Counted from the stretch's first letter, positions 39,514 through 48,512 are shown. The stretch is 64,000 bases of DNA from Coriobacteriia bacterium (GCA_019429145.1 JAHYJI010000002.1:19336-83335); one strand, 5' to 3'. The notes: generated by a model from the sequence alone, not told the origin. Numbers and translations are program-made.

Positions 39514-40707
39514 ATGCGATCCATACCGGTGTCAGATGCCATCCGCTGGGTCGGTGCCATCGACTGGAACTTGCGCGACTTCCACGGTTACGAGACGCCC
39601 CGCGGCACCACCTACAACGCCTACCTCGTGCGTGGAACGGAGAAGACCGCCCTTATCGACACGGTGAAAGGGCGCTTCGTCGAGGAGCTGCTCGCGCGTG
39701 TCCGTAGTGTCATGGACCCGGCCGACGTCGATCTCATCGTGGTCAACCACGTCGAGCCCGACCATAACGGTGGCCTGCGTCGAGTGATGCGTGCGATGCC
39801 CAACGCGCGAGTGGTGGCGTCGCGCTCCGGTGTCGCAGGTGTCGCCGAGTATCACGACGGGCTCGAGGTCGAGTCGGTGGGTGCCGACGACGTCATCGAT
39901 CTCGGTGGCGTGTCGCTGCGCTTCCTCCCGATGCCGATGGTGCACTGGCCCGACTCCATGTTCACCTACTGCGCCGAGGAGCGCGTGCTGATGCCGAACG
40001 ATGCGTTCGGGGCGCACATGGCCTCCTCGGAGCGCTTCGCCGACGAGGTCGGACTCGATCTCGCTGTCGAGGAGCTCACCATCTACTACGCCAACATCCT
40101 GATGCCCCTCGGCAAGCAGGTCGCCAAGGCGGTGGAGAAGGTGGTCGCGACCGGGTGGGAGATCGAGACGATCGCCCCGAGCCATGGCGTGATCTGGCGC
40201 GGGGAGACGCTCGGTCCGCTCTTCGACACTTACGCGCGACTCACCGCAGGCGAGACTCGTGAGAAGATCGTCGTCGCGTTCTCGACGATGTGGGGTTCGA
40301 CCGACACCCTGGCGAGGGCTGTCGTCGACGGTATCGCTGCCGAGGGCGTCGAGGTCGACCTCTTCGACCTGGCGGTCACGCCGATCGCCCACCTCACCCG
40401 GAATCTGCTTGACTCCCGCGCACTACTCCTCGGCTCGCCCACGCTCCACCACGGGATGCTCTACCGGGTCGCGGGCTACCTGCAGTACCTCTCCGGCCTC
40501 AAGCCCCAGGGCAAGCTCGGCGGCGCCTTTGGATCGTACGGCTGGTCCAGTGGAGCGACCAAGCAGATCTCCGGACAGCTTGAGGCCATCGGGTTCGAGC
40601 TGCCGTTCGAGCCGTACACGCAGAAGTACCGGCCGAGCACCGAGGAGATCGCTGCCGCCCGCGAGTGGGGGGCGCAGTACGCACGCGCCGTCAAGGAGAT
40701 GGACTAG
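39514..40707 (+). CDS. FprA-family A-type flavodiiron protein (O2/NO reductase)
   Basis: Metallo-beta-lactamase-like domain with the di-iron ligand motif NHVEPDHNG, plus a C-terminal flavodoxin domain (VVAFSTMWGSTDTLA). Confidence 0.9.
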   Translation: MRSIPVSDAIRWVGAIDWNLRDFHGYETPRGTTYNAYLVRGTEKTALIDTVKGRFVEELLARVRSVMDPADVDLIVVNHVEPDHNGGLRRVMRAMPNARVVASRSGVAGVAEYHDGLEVESVGADDVIDLGGVSLRFLPMPMVHWPDSMFTYCAEERVLMPNDAFGAHMASSERFADEVGLDLAVEELTIYYANILMPLGKQVAKAVEKVVATGWEIETIAPSHGVIWRGETLGPLFDTYARLTAGETREKIVVAFSTMWGSTDTLARAVVDGIAAEGVEVDLFDLAVTPIAHLTRNLLDSRALLLGSPTLHHGMLYRVAGYLQYLSGLKPQGKLGGAFGSYGWSSGATKQISGQLEAIGFELPFEPYTQKYRPSTEEIAAAREWGAQYARAVKEMD

Positions 40708-40733
40708 CCGCGCGCGCGGCGACCTGAAGGGAC

Positions 40734-41432
40734 GTGGTCGTGGGGACGTACACCGCCGCCTACCTCGCGTATGCCGTGGCGCAGGGAGCGCTCGGCATCT
40801 GGGCGTTCACGCTGTGGCGCAAGGAGCGCACCGCCACCGCCCTCGCACTCATGCTCCCGCCACTCACCGTCGTCTACGACAACCTTGCGATTGCGCTGGG
40901 ATCGTACATCGGGCCCGGTGATCTACTGCTCGGACTGACCATCCCGCGCTTCGCCGGACACGCACTCTTCACCCCGATCTGGATCGTCGCCGCTGTCGGC
41001 CTCGCCCTGCGCGCGGGGGCGTTCGCCGGGCGTGACCGCGCGTTCACCGTCGGCTCGTGGGCACTCTACGGTGCGATGGTCGTCGTCGGGCTTGTCAACG
41101 AGGTAATCTCGTTCGTGCCCGAGTTCGTCGAAGAAGGCGACGTCGTCTACTACACCAACGTCGGTCGCATCTTCACCCCGCCGCCGCCCTCGCTCACGAT
41201 GCTGCTCGTCGTGCTCGTGTGCGGTGCCATCGTGCTGTGGCGAACCCGCGGTCGCTGGCCGTGGATGCTCCTCGGGGCGCTTCCGGTGCTCGCCTCACAG
41301 GCGGTGCGCACCGACGAGATCGCATTCGTGCTCATCAACTCGAGCGAGGTCATCATGTCACTCTCGCTCGTCGCGACACTGGTGTACCTGAGGAAGCGGG
41401 AGTCCGGGACGGGCCGGCCGCTCGCCGGCTGA
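40734..41432 (+). CDS. hypothetical polytopic membrane protein
   Basis: 232 aa, about 6 hydrophobic segments, no family recognised. Confidence 0.55.
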   Translation: MVVGTYTAAYLAYAVAQGALGIWAFTLWRKERTATALALMLPPLTVVYDNLAIALGSYIGPGDLLLGLTIPRFAGHALFTPIWIVAAVGLALRAGAFAGRDRAFTVGSWALYGAMVVVGLVNEVISFVPEFVEEGDVVYYTNVGRIFTPPPPSLTMLLVVLVCGAIVLWRTRGRWPWMLLGALPVLASQAVRTDEIAFVLINSSEVIMSLSLVATLVYLRKRESGTGRPLAG

Positions 41433-41443
41433 AGCCCGGGCAC

Positions 41444-41629
41444 CTACTCCTCCCGGAGCACCTCGTCACGCCAATCGGATCCGAGCCGCTCCTCGATGTA
41501 GTCGCGGATCATCTGGCGCACCACCTGCGAGGGAGTGAGGTCCTCCTCGCGGCAGAGGGCCTCGAACGCGGCCTTCTTCTTCGGGTCTATGAGCACGGTC
41601 AGACGGGCCGTGCGCTGCTCCTGGCCCAT
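41444..41629 (-). CDS. ribbon-helix-helix (CopG/Arc-like) small DNA-binding protein
   Basis: 61 aa: MGQEQRTARLTVLIDPKKKAAFEALCREEDLTPSQVVRQMIRDYI (beta strand then two helices). AGGAGG sits 4 nt upstream of ATG 41629. Confidence 0.65.
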   Translation of the reverse strand: MGQEQRTARLTVLIDPKKKAAFEALCREEDLTPSQVVRQMIRDYIEERLGSDWRDEVLREE

Positions 41630-41656
41630 GCTTCCTCCTGCATCTTGGTGACGTGT

Positions 41657-41672
41657 TAATGACATTATAATG
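41657..41672. promoter_or_regulatory. overlapping palindromes / bidirectional TATAAT between the RHH gene and sulP
   Basis: TAATGACATTATAATG reads as TAATG-A-CATTA overlapping CATTA-TAATG. CATTATAATG is self-complementary, so TATAAT reads on both strands. It is an AT-rich island in GC-rich DNA. Confidence 0.45.
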
Positions 41673-41696
41673 CCATACACATCGAATCCGACTACA

Positions 41697-43472
41697 ATGG
41701 CAGTCATCACTCACTCGCTGATTGGATTCCCTGTGTCTCACCGCGCCCACCTGACCACCGTCAAAGTCTCGAGCGCCCTGCGTGACGTGTTCAAGAAGGA
41801 GCCCTATACCGCCGGCACGTTACGCGCAGACGTGCTGGCGGGACTCACGGTCGCCGTTGTCGCTATGCCACTTGCGATGGCGCTCGCGATCGCGAGCGGG
41901 GTGCCGCCCCAGTACGGTCTGTACTCGGCCGTCATCGGGGGCATCGTTGCGGCACTCGCCGGCGGCTCCCGCTTCAGCGTGTCGGGACCCACCGCGGCGT
42001 TCGTTGTCGTCCTCGCGCCGATATCGGCCCGGTACGGGCTGGCGGGATTGGCGACCGCGGGCTTGATGGCCGGAGTGATTCTCCTCGCACTAGGCGTCAC
42101 CAAGCTCGGCCGGCTCATCGAGTACGTGCCCGAACCCGTCACCGTCGGGTTCACAACCGGCATCGCTGTGGTCATCGCCGTGCTGCAGCTCAACGACCTC
42201 TTCGGGCTGGGGATCGAGGGGATGCCCGAGAGCTTCGTGGCCAAGCTGACGGCCCTCGCGGACTCGGCAGTCGCGATTGCGTGGCCGGCGCTTCTCGTGA
42301 GCGCTCTTACGCTGGCAGTCCTCCTGCTCTGGCCGCGCGAGCGCTTCGTCATCCCGGGGTACGCGCCTGCGATACTCGTCGGGACGTTTCTGGCAGCCGC
42401 GCTCGCGCACTTCGGCTATCCGGTAGACACCATCGGCTCGCGCTTCACCTACGAGGTCGCAGGAGCAATCGGGCACGGTGTCCCGCGTGTGTTGCCGAGT
42501 CTCTCCCTGCCCTGGACGCTTCCGGGTCCGGCCGTCGGATCGTTCTCGCTCAACCTCGGTACACTGAGGGACCTGCTGCCCGCCGCGCTCTCGATCGCGA
42601 TGCTCGGCGCGATCGAGTCGCTGCTGTGTGCCGTGGTGCTCGACCGGTCGACCGGTACGCGTCATCACTCCAACGGCGAGCTCGTCGGTCAGGGGCTCGC
42701 GAACATCGCGGCCCCGTTCTTTGGCGGTATACCGGTGACAGCGGCGCTCGCGCGCTCGGCGGCCAACGTCAAGGCCGGCGCCGCCACACCTGTGGCCGCG
42801 GCCCTGCATGCGGCATTCATCCTCCTCGGCGTGCTCGTGCTGGCTCCCGCGCTCGCCTGGGTGCCGATGGCCTCGATGGCCGCGGTCCTCCTCGTCGTCG
42901 CCTGGAACATGAGCGAGCTGCCCACGGCAGTCGAGCTTCTCAAGCGCGCTCCACGCGCGGACAAGCTGGTCTTCCTCGTCTGTTTCTCGCTCACGGTGAT
43001 CTTCGACATGGTCATCGCGATCGGCGTCGGTATCGTGCTCGCCGCATTCCTGTTCATGCGCGACATCGCCCGTTTCACGCAGGCCCGGGACATCAGCAGC
43101 ACCGCGCGCTACGTAGGCGAGGGCCTTCCTGAGGGCTGGCGTGCCGTCAAGGTGACCGGTGCGATGTTCTTCGCTGCAGCTGAGCGCGTGCTCACCCAGC
43201 TGCTGGCCGAGACCCCCGAGGGATCGGGACTCATCATCTACGCCGACGGTGTCACGCTGCTCGATGCCGGCGGGACGAGCGCGATGGAGCGTTTCGATGC
43301 CGAGTGCGCCGCTCGCGGTATCCGGGTCCTCGTCACCGACCTGCAGCCCCAGCCTGCACGCGTCCTGCGAGCGGCCGGCCTCGGCGGGACGGCTCACGCG
43401 ACCACACTCGTGCCAACGCTTGCCGAGGCACTGACGAGAGCGCGGACCGGGCCCGCTCGGAAGAGCGGCTAG
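41697..43472 (+). CDS. SulP family inorganic anion transporter with C-terminal STAS domain
   Basis: LRADVLAGLTVAVVAMPLAMALAIASGVPPQYGLYS, with a STAS domain at the end (VKVTGAMFFAAAERV...). The track start is 41670; ATG 41697 is preferred because TATAAT lies at 41666-41671. Confidence 0.88.
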   Translation: MAVITHSLIGFPVSHRAHLTTVKVSSALRDVFKKEPYTAGTLRADVLAGLTVAVVAMPLAMALAIASGVPPQYGLYSAVIGGIVAALAGGSRFSVSGPTAAFVVVLAPISARYGLAGLATAGLMAGVILLALGVTKLGRLIEYVPEPVTVGFTTGIAVVIAVLQLNDLFGLGIEGMPESFVAKLTALADSAVAIAWPALLVSALTLAVLLLWPRERFVIPGYAPAILVGTFLAAALAHFGYPVDTIGSRFTYEVAGAIGHGVPRVLPSLSLPWTLPGPAVGSFSLNLGTLRDLLPAALSIAMLGAIESLLCAVVLDRSTGTRHHSNGELVGQGLANIAAPFFGGIPVTAALARSAANVKAGAATPVAAALHAAFILLGVLVLAPALAWVPMASMAAVLLVVAWNMSELPTAVELLKRAPRADKLVFLVCFSLTVIFDMVIAIGVGIVLAAFLFMRDIARFTQARDISSTARYVGEGLPEGWRAVKVTGAMFFAAAERVLTQLLAETPEGSGLIIYADGVTLLDAGGTSAMERFDAECAARGIRVLVTDLQPQPARVLRAAGLGGTAHATTLVPTLAEALTRARTGPARKSG

Positions 43473-44353
43473 CCACCGCGCTTCCAGCGCACGAGAGCCT
43501 CGACTGCGTGGTCTATCGAGAGCGCAGCCGCCGGGGCGTCCGGTTCCGCACGGCCGAGCGCAGCGAAGAGTTCGGCAAGAATCGGCGGCTTTATGTTGCC
43601 GTGGGCAAGGAGTTCGGCCTCGGCAAACACCTCAGCGGGAGTCCCGGAGAACACGATCGTGCCGCCGGGCGCGAGCACGTAGGCGTAGTCTGCGAACTCC
43701 GGCACCGAGTCGATGTCGTGGGTCGACATCACGACCGTGACGCCCCGCTCCTCGGACAACCGTTCAAGCAGCTCGATGAGTCCGGCACGCGACGCTGGAT
43801 CGAGACCCTCGAACGGCTCGTCGAGCACGAGCAGTTCCGGCTCCATGACGAGCGCGCCGGCGAGTGCGACTTTGCGCTTCTCGCCGCCGGAGAGGTTATG
43901 TGGCACACGGTCTGCGAGGTGCTCGATGCCGAGCAGCCCGAGCGTGGCCGTCACGCGCCGCGCCACCTCGTCCTCGGGCATCCCGTACTGGCGGGGCGAG
44001 AAGGCCACGTCGTCGGCGACCGTCGGGGCGAGGAGCTGCTCGTCGACGTTCTGCAGGACGACCCCGACCCGCTGGCGGATCTTCGGCCACGCTTCGGCCG
44101 GGTCCACGCCGAATACGCGCACCTCACCCTCACGGCTGCGGAGGAGGCCGAGTAGGTGATAGAGGAGCGTGGTCTTGCCCGAGCCGTTCGGTCCGAGTAC
44201 CGCGACTCGCTGGCCACGATGGACGAGGAAGTCGAGGCCGCACAGGTGTACGGTCGTCCCGTCCTCGTACGAGTGGCGCACGCAGCTCACGTGCACGACC
44301 GTCTCGAGGTCCCGGTGGGCCTCCGCGTGCCGGTCGGGATCGTATCGGGTCAT
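43469..44353 (-). CDS. cbiO: ECF/cobalt-type ABC transporter ATP-binding protein
   Basis: GPNGSGKTTLL, LSGGEKRKVALAGAL, LLVLDEPFEGLD. The ATG overlaps the cbiQ stop (ATGA). The long track ORF to 45106 is an out-of-context extension. Confidence 0.88.
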   Translation of the reverse strand: MTRYDPDRHAEAHRDLETVVHVSCVRHSYEDGTTVHLCGLDFLVHRGQRVAVLGPNGSGKTTLLYHLLGLLRSREGEVRVFGVDPAEAWPKIRQRVGVVLQNVDEQLLAPTVADDVAFSPRQYGMPEDEVARRVTATLGLLGIEHLADRVPHNLSGGEKRKVALAGALVMEPELLVLDEPFEGLDPASRAGLIELLERLSEERGVTVVMSTHDIDSVPEFADYAYVLAPGGTIVFSGTPAEVFAEAELLAHGNIKPPILAELFAALGRAEPDAPAAALSIDHAVEALVRWKRGG

Positions 44354-45150
44354 GTCGTGCGTCCTCTCGCGAGCAGTGTGATGGCCAGTGCCGCGAGCGG
44401 AACGAGCGGCACCACCCAGCTGTATGGGTTCAGTGCCTGCCAGCCGAATCGCCAGGCAAGCGAGGTGGCGAGCAGCGCGGCCGCACCTCCGATAAGGAGC
44501 GCGTCGGTCCCGGGTGACGTGCTCGTGGGCAGCGTGACGCGCAGACGGCCCTCGTAGCCACGCATTCGCATGATGTCGTAGGAGCGCTGTGAGAGGTCGA
44601 ACGAGTAGATGAGCAGTCCTCCGAGCGCCCGCGTGGTAGCCCGTGCCGCCCGTACCGGGTGCCCGGCGGAGAGCCCTGCCCGCAAGCGGGCGGCGGTCAG
44701 CAGGTTGCCGAACTTCTCGAGCAGGAGGAAGAGCGAGCGGTACGTCATCAGGAGCGCATCGCCGACGATGGCGGGCACGACCCGCTGGATGGGCGCGAAC
44801 ACGTAGGGATAGGGCGTGGTGAGTATCACCGTGACCGCGGCAAGCGCCGCCGTCACCGCCTTCAGCACGATGGTCGTTCCGCCGAGGACGCTCGTCGCGG
44901 CGCTGACCGCGAAGATCAGCGCGAAGACGGCCGGGTAGCCCGCGAGCGTGAGGAGCAGCCGGCCGTCGAGGCGCGCGGAGGCGGCCACAGCGAGGAGCGC
45001 GACGGTGAGCGAGCCCACGACGAGCACGTTCCAGCTCGTTATCACGGCAGCGAGCACCAACGCGAACGCCACGAGCTTGCTCGCAGGCGCCACCCGGTGA
45101 AGCCACGAGTCACCGAGCGTTGCAGCTGCATCGATGCGCCCGATGTCCAC
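44350..45150 (-). CDS. cbiQ: ECF transporter transmembrane (T) component CbiQ
   Basis: 266 aa polytopic protein with a conserved ARxxR-type coupling region (LLTAARLRAGLS...RALGGLLIYSFDLSQRSYDIMRMRGY). It lies between cbiM and cbiO. Confidence 0.8.
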   Translation of the reverse strand: MDIGRIDAAATLGDSWLHRVAPASKLVAFALVLAAVITSWNVLVVGSLTVALLAVAASARLDGRLLLTLAGYPAVFALIFAVSAATSVLGGTTIVLKAVTAALAAVTVILTTPYPYVFAPIQRVVPAIVGDALLMTYRSLFLLLEKFGNLLTAARLRAGLSAGHPVRAARATTRALGGLLIYSFDLSQRSYDIMRMRGYEGRLRVTLPTSTSPGTDALLIGGAAALLATSLAWRFGWQALNPYSWVVPLVPLAALAITLLARGRTT

Positions 45151-45971
45151 TAGTGGCCCCCGCTTTCGTCCCCCGGGATGCGCTGGCGCTCCTCGGCAAG
45201 CGCCCCTTCGAAGACCATCCGCGGGCGCACGCGGGCTACGTACCCGATGATCCCGGCCGTGACAAGTGCTTCGATCAGCCAGCCGAACGGACCGAGGGTG
45301 TAGACGACCGCTGCGAAGCGGCCGGCCGAGAGGTACCGCTCGTCCTCATCGTGTCTGTCCTCCTCAGCTTCACTGCGCCCGTCGTCGAGCAGGCCCAGTT
45401 CGAAGATCCCTCCGGCGAAAGGATTCTCGAACCGCATGGTCGCCGGGTCGAGCGCACCACTCTCACGCTCGGCCGCAGCTCCCGCCCCGCCGAGCCACAC
45501 GACGCCGACCACCAGCGAGGTCGTCACGGCGAGGGTCATCACGGTGGCAAGACCCGCCCCGAGCGCAGCGCGTGGTCGGCCGATCACGCGCAGCAACCCA
45601 TGGAAGATCGCCCAACCGATCACCATCTCCGCACCGAGCACCATCGTGTTGAGGCCGAGCACCGTTACCCCGCCGTGTCCGAACATGGCGAGCACGCCAC
45701 CGACGATAAACGCGGTTATCACCGAGAGCGCCGGTCCGAGCAGGATGCCGGCGATCACGGAGAGGTTGACGTGGTAGGCGATGGGAACGATCTCGGAGGA
45801 CATCGACACGATCATGAGCGCCGCGACCACCCCGACGAGCGGCACCTTCCGGCGCGCTTCGGAGCGCGAGGCGATCCGGCCCGCTACGGCGATCATCGCA
45901 AGCGCGACCAACCAGCCGCCGGCCCAGAGCCAGAGCGGCAGTACACCGTCGGGGATGTGGATGTGTGACAT
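45150..45971 (-). CDS. cbiM: CbiM/NikM-type metal (Co/Ni) ECF substrate-capture component with C-terminal extension
   Basis: MSHIHIPDGVLP N-terminus and the CbiM core (VAALMIVSMSSEIVPIAYHVNLSVIAGILLGP). An extra acidic linker plus a terminal TM segment (FAAVVYTLGPFGWLIEALVTAGIIGYV) may substitute for the absent CbiN. Confidence 0.75.
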   Translation of the reverse strand: MSHIHIPDGVLPLWLWAGGWLVALAMIAVAGRIASRSEARRKVPLVGVVAALMIVSMSSEIVPIAYHVNLSVIAGILLGPALSVITAFIVGGVLAMFGHGGVTVLGLNTMVLGAEMVIGWAIFHGLLRVIGRPRAALGAGLATVMTLAVTTSLVVGVVWLGGAGAAAERESGALDPATMRFENPFAGGIFELGLLDDGRSEAEEDRHDEDERYLSAGRFAAVVYTLGPFGWLIEALVTAGIIGYVARVRPRMVFEGALAEERQRIPGDESGGH

Positions 45972-45978
45972 GTGTGCT

Positions 45979-46407
45979 TCAGCCCCCTTCTGGGCCGGTG
46001 GTGGCGCACGCAGCGCAGAGCCCGTAGAGCGTGACCTGGTGGCTCGTGACAACGAAGCCCTCGTGAGCAGCATCGGAGGCGGGGGCCCCGAGGGGACACG
46101 GAGTATGTGCCACCGCGCCGCAGGCGGTGCAGACGAGGTGGTGGTGATGTTCCTCCACCGAGCAGCGCACGTAGAGCGCACTGCCGTCCCTGCTCCCGAC
46201 GCGCTCGAGCGCACCCGCGTCCTCCATTGAGGCCACGGCCCGGTACACGGTGGCGACACCGATTCCCGGCGAGTGCGCACGTGCTGCGGCTATCAGGTCG
46301 TCGACGGTGAACGCACGCATGAAGCCGTCCGCTGCGGCAGCAACCGAGCGGCGACGGTCGGTCACCCGGCCGCTTCCAAAATGAGAATCATTATCACAAG
46401 TAGACAT
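45979..46407 (-). CDS. Fur family transcriptional regulator
   Basis: RVTDRRRSVAAAA...FTVDDLI...IGVATVYRAVASMEDAGALERV winged helix, plus HHHHLVCTACG...C-x2-C metal sites. ATG 46407 is assumed; GTG 46365 is the alternative. It ends 7 nt upstream of cbiM. Confidence 0.8.
   Translation of the reverse strand: MSTCDNDSHFGSGRVTDRRRSVAAAADGFMRAFTVDDLIAAARAHSPGIGVATVYRAVASMEDAGALERVGSRDGSALYVRCSVEEHHHHLVCTACGAVAHTPCPLGAPASDAAHEGFVVTSHQVTLYGLCAACATTGPEGG
46378..46400. promoter_or_regulatory. Fur-box-like inverted repeat
   Basis: The minus strand reads CTTGTGATAATGATTCTCATTTT. The 19-mer GATAATGATTCTCATTTTG (46395..46377) matches the classical GATAATGATAATCATTATC at 15/19. It is an AT-rich island covering codons 5-11 of the ATG-started fur ORF. 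Confidence 0.5.
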
Positions 46408-46528
46408 GAGGAGATGGTACCACCGCGTAGCCCCGCGCAAACACGACTCGCCACACCGTCCAAACCGCCGTTCGGGTAGCATTACACTCGGCAGGGCGCA
46501 CAGCGCCGGATGCGACGGGAGGTCTGCG

Positions 46529-47419
46529 GTGAATCTCGCACAGCTCAGGGCGTTCGTGATGGTGGTGGAGCACGGCTCTTTCTCCGCCGCAGCGCGCGCG
46601 ATGGGCATCTCGCAGCCGGCCGTCACCATGCAGGTGCAGGGGCTCGAGGCCGACCTCGGCGTGACGCTTCTGGACCGTGCGTACCGCAAGATCGAGCTCA
46701 CGGAGTCCGGTGCGTCGCTGCTGCCACATGCACGCGCGGTGCTCAAGGAACTCGAGGCCGCGCGTGAGGACCTGGTCCGCATGGCCGATACCGTCACCGG
46801 CAGACTCTCCGTGGTGGCGAGCACCACACCGGGCCAGTACCTCCTGCCGAGGCTCCTCGGATCGTTCCTCCAGGAGAATCCCGAGGTGAGCATCTCGCTC
46901 GCGGTCACAGACACCGCCGGGGTCGCCGAGGCGGTCGCCGGGGGTCATGCCGACCTTGGCATGACGGGTGCGGTCGTCACGGGCGTCCGCGTCGATTTCG
47001 AGCCCGCAGGGACTGACGACATCGTCATGATATGTCCCCCCACGCACCGGTTCGCTGCCGCGAAGCAGGTGTCCCTCGAGGAAGCGGTCGCAGAGCCGTT
47101 CATCATGCGTGAGGATGGTTCTGGCACCCGCCAGGTCGCCGAGGACGCCCTGCGAGAGGTGGGTGTGGACCCGGCCGAGCTGCATGTGCTGACCGAACTG
47201 GGAACGAGCGAGGCGATAGTGAGCGCGGTCGAGGGCGAGATGGGCCTGGCCATGGTCAGCACATGGGTCGCCTGCAAGGCGCTCGAATTAGGGACGGTTG
47301 CAGCGGTGCCCGTGGCGGAGTTCCCCGTCTCGCGGCCGCTCTACGTGGTCACCCCTCGCACGACACTGACGCGGGCGGCCGATGCGTTCCTCGCGCACGT
47401 AAGGAAGCAACTCGGCTGA
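46529..47419 (+). CDS. LysR family transcriptional regulator
   Basis: VNLAQLRAFVMVVEHGSFSAAARAMGISQPAVTMQVQGLE HTH plus a LysR substrate-binding domain. GTG at 46529. Divergent from the fur-cbiMQO genes. Confidence 0.88.
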   Translation: MNLAQLRAFVMVVEHGSFSAAARAMGISQPAVTMQVQGLEADLGVTLLDRAYRKIELTESGASLLPHARAVLKELEAAREDLVRMADTVTGRLSVVASTTPGQYLLPRLLGSFLQENPEVSISLAVTDTAGVAEAVAGGHADLGMTGAVVTGVRVDFEPAGTDDIVMICPPTHRFAAAKQVSLEEAVAEPFIMREDGSGTRQVAEDALREVGVDPAELHVLTELGTSEAIVSAVEGEMGLAMVSTWVACKALELGTVAAVPVAEFPVSRPLYVVTPRTTLTRAADAFLAHVRKQLG

Positions 47420-47465
47420 GGCTCTCAGGTTAGCGATCAGCCGTCGGAACCAGCCTGCGGCCTGC

Positions 47466-48458
47466 TCAGACCGCAAGCCGGAGTTCGTCTCCCGTCGCCC
47501 CGGACTCGTAGCCCGGGATGCGCGAGACGGTGTGCCTGAATGTCTTGCTGTGGAGCCGTTCGATGAGCCGGACGGTCTCCTCGCGCTGGTAGACCTCGAC
47601 AGGCATCACGAGGTCGTAGCGTTCCCTGAACAGAGGCACGAATCCGAGCCCAAGCCGCTCGGCGGCGGCAGCAACTCCCACCGCCACATCGGCCGTTCCC
47701 CGCGCAACGGCCTCGGCCACGCCGGTGTGTGTGTCGTATGCGGTCTCATAACCGGGTACGGCCGAGGTATCGGCGCCCAGGTCGGCGAGGGCATGGTCGA
47801 TCCACAGTCGAGTGCCCGAGCCGCGGTTGCGATTCGCAAGGCGGAGCCTTCCCTCGGCCACGTCGGCGATCGACGAGATGCCGTGAGGATTGGCGGGCGG
47901 AACGATGAGCCCCTGCTCCCGGTGGGCGAGGGTAACCAGGATGACGTCCCGGTCGGGGAAGATGTGACGGGCGTAGGGCGCGTTGTACTCCCCGGTGTCG
48001 GAGTCGAGCAGATGGCACCCCGCGATATCGGCCAGACCCTGGCGCACGCCGATCAAGCTGTCGAGACTCCCGGCGACCATGGTCGCGAGCGGATGGGGAT
48101 CGTCAGGGTCATCCGCCAGGGCCTCGACCGCCATGTCGTGGCTCACCATGGCAATGAGTGGAGATTCCGGACCGGGCTCCGGGCGTACGACCAGCGAGAT
48201 CGAGAACGCCGCTGATGTCCCGGCATAGTACTTCTCTGTGAAGTTCCGCGTGGCGCGGACCTCAGTGAGCCTGACAAGCTTGGCCGCTTCGAGCGCCTTG
48301 ACGTGATGGCGCACCCACGCCGGGTGTTTGCCGAGTCGAGCGCCGAGCATGGTGAGCGTGTGAGGCTGCGCCAGCAGGATCCGGAGGATCTCGAAGCGGT
48401 GAGGTGCCGCTAGCACTCGGATCGCGTCGAGACGGCTGATGTCGTCAAGGTTGTGCAT
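47466..48458 (-). CDS. one-component regulator: ArsR-type wHTH fused to periplasmic-binding-protein-like (molybdate/tungstate-binding-like) domain
   Basis: N-terminus: RVLAAPHRFEILRILLAQPHTLTMLGARLGKHPAWVRHHVKALEAAKLV. C-terminus: DIAGCHLLD...LANRNRGSGTRLWID..., as I recall for COG1910-type PBP domains. Divergent from mop-tupABC. Confidence 0.7.
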   Translation of the reverse strand: MHNLDDISRLDAIRVLAAPHRFEILRILLAQPHTLTMLGARLGKHPAWVRHHVKALEAAKLVRLTEVRATRNFTEKYYAGTSAAFSISLVVRPEPGPESPLIAMVSHDMAVEALADDPDDPHPLATMVAGSLDSLIGVRQGLADIAGCHLLDSDTGEYNAPYARHIFPDRDVILVTLAHREQGLIVPPANPHGISSIADVAEGRLRLANRNRGSGTRLWIDHALADLGADTSAVPGYETAYDTHTGVAEAVARGTADVAVGVAAAAERLGLGFVPLFRERYDLVMPVEVYQREETVRLIERLHSKTFRHTVSRIPGYESGATGDELRLAV

Positions 48459-48512
48459 CGCACACCATTCTCGCGGCTCGGCTTGTGGCAGGGCATGCTA
48501 AACTTCCCTTTA

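Noticed and set aside
45972-45978. B12 riboswitch expected upstream of cbiM.
   Set aside because: Only 7 nt separate cbiM from the Fur-family gene. The region upstream of that gene (46408-46528) shows no B12-box-like sequence that I could recognise.
45979-46914. 311-aa version of the Fur-family ORF.
   Set aside because: Only the last ~142 aa look like Fur. The upstream 170 aa run antisense through the LysR gene and the AT-rich regulatory patch. An ATG (46407) or GTG (46365) start gives a normal-sized Fur protein.
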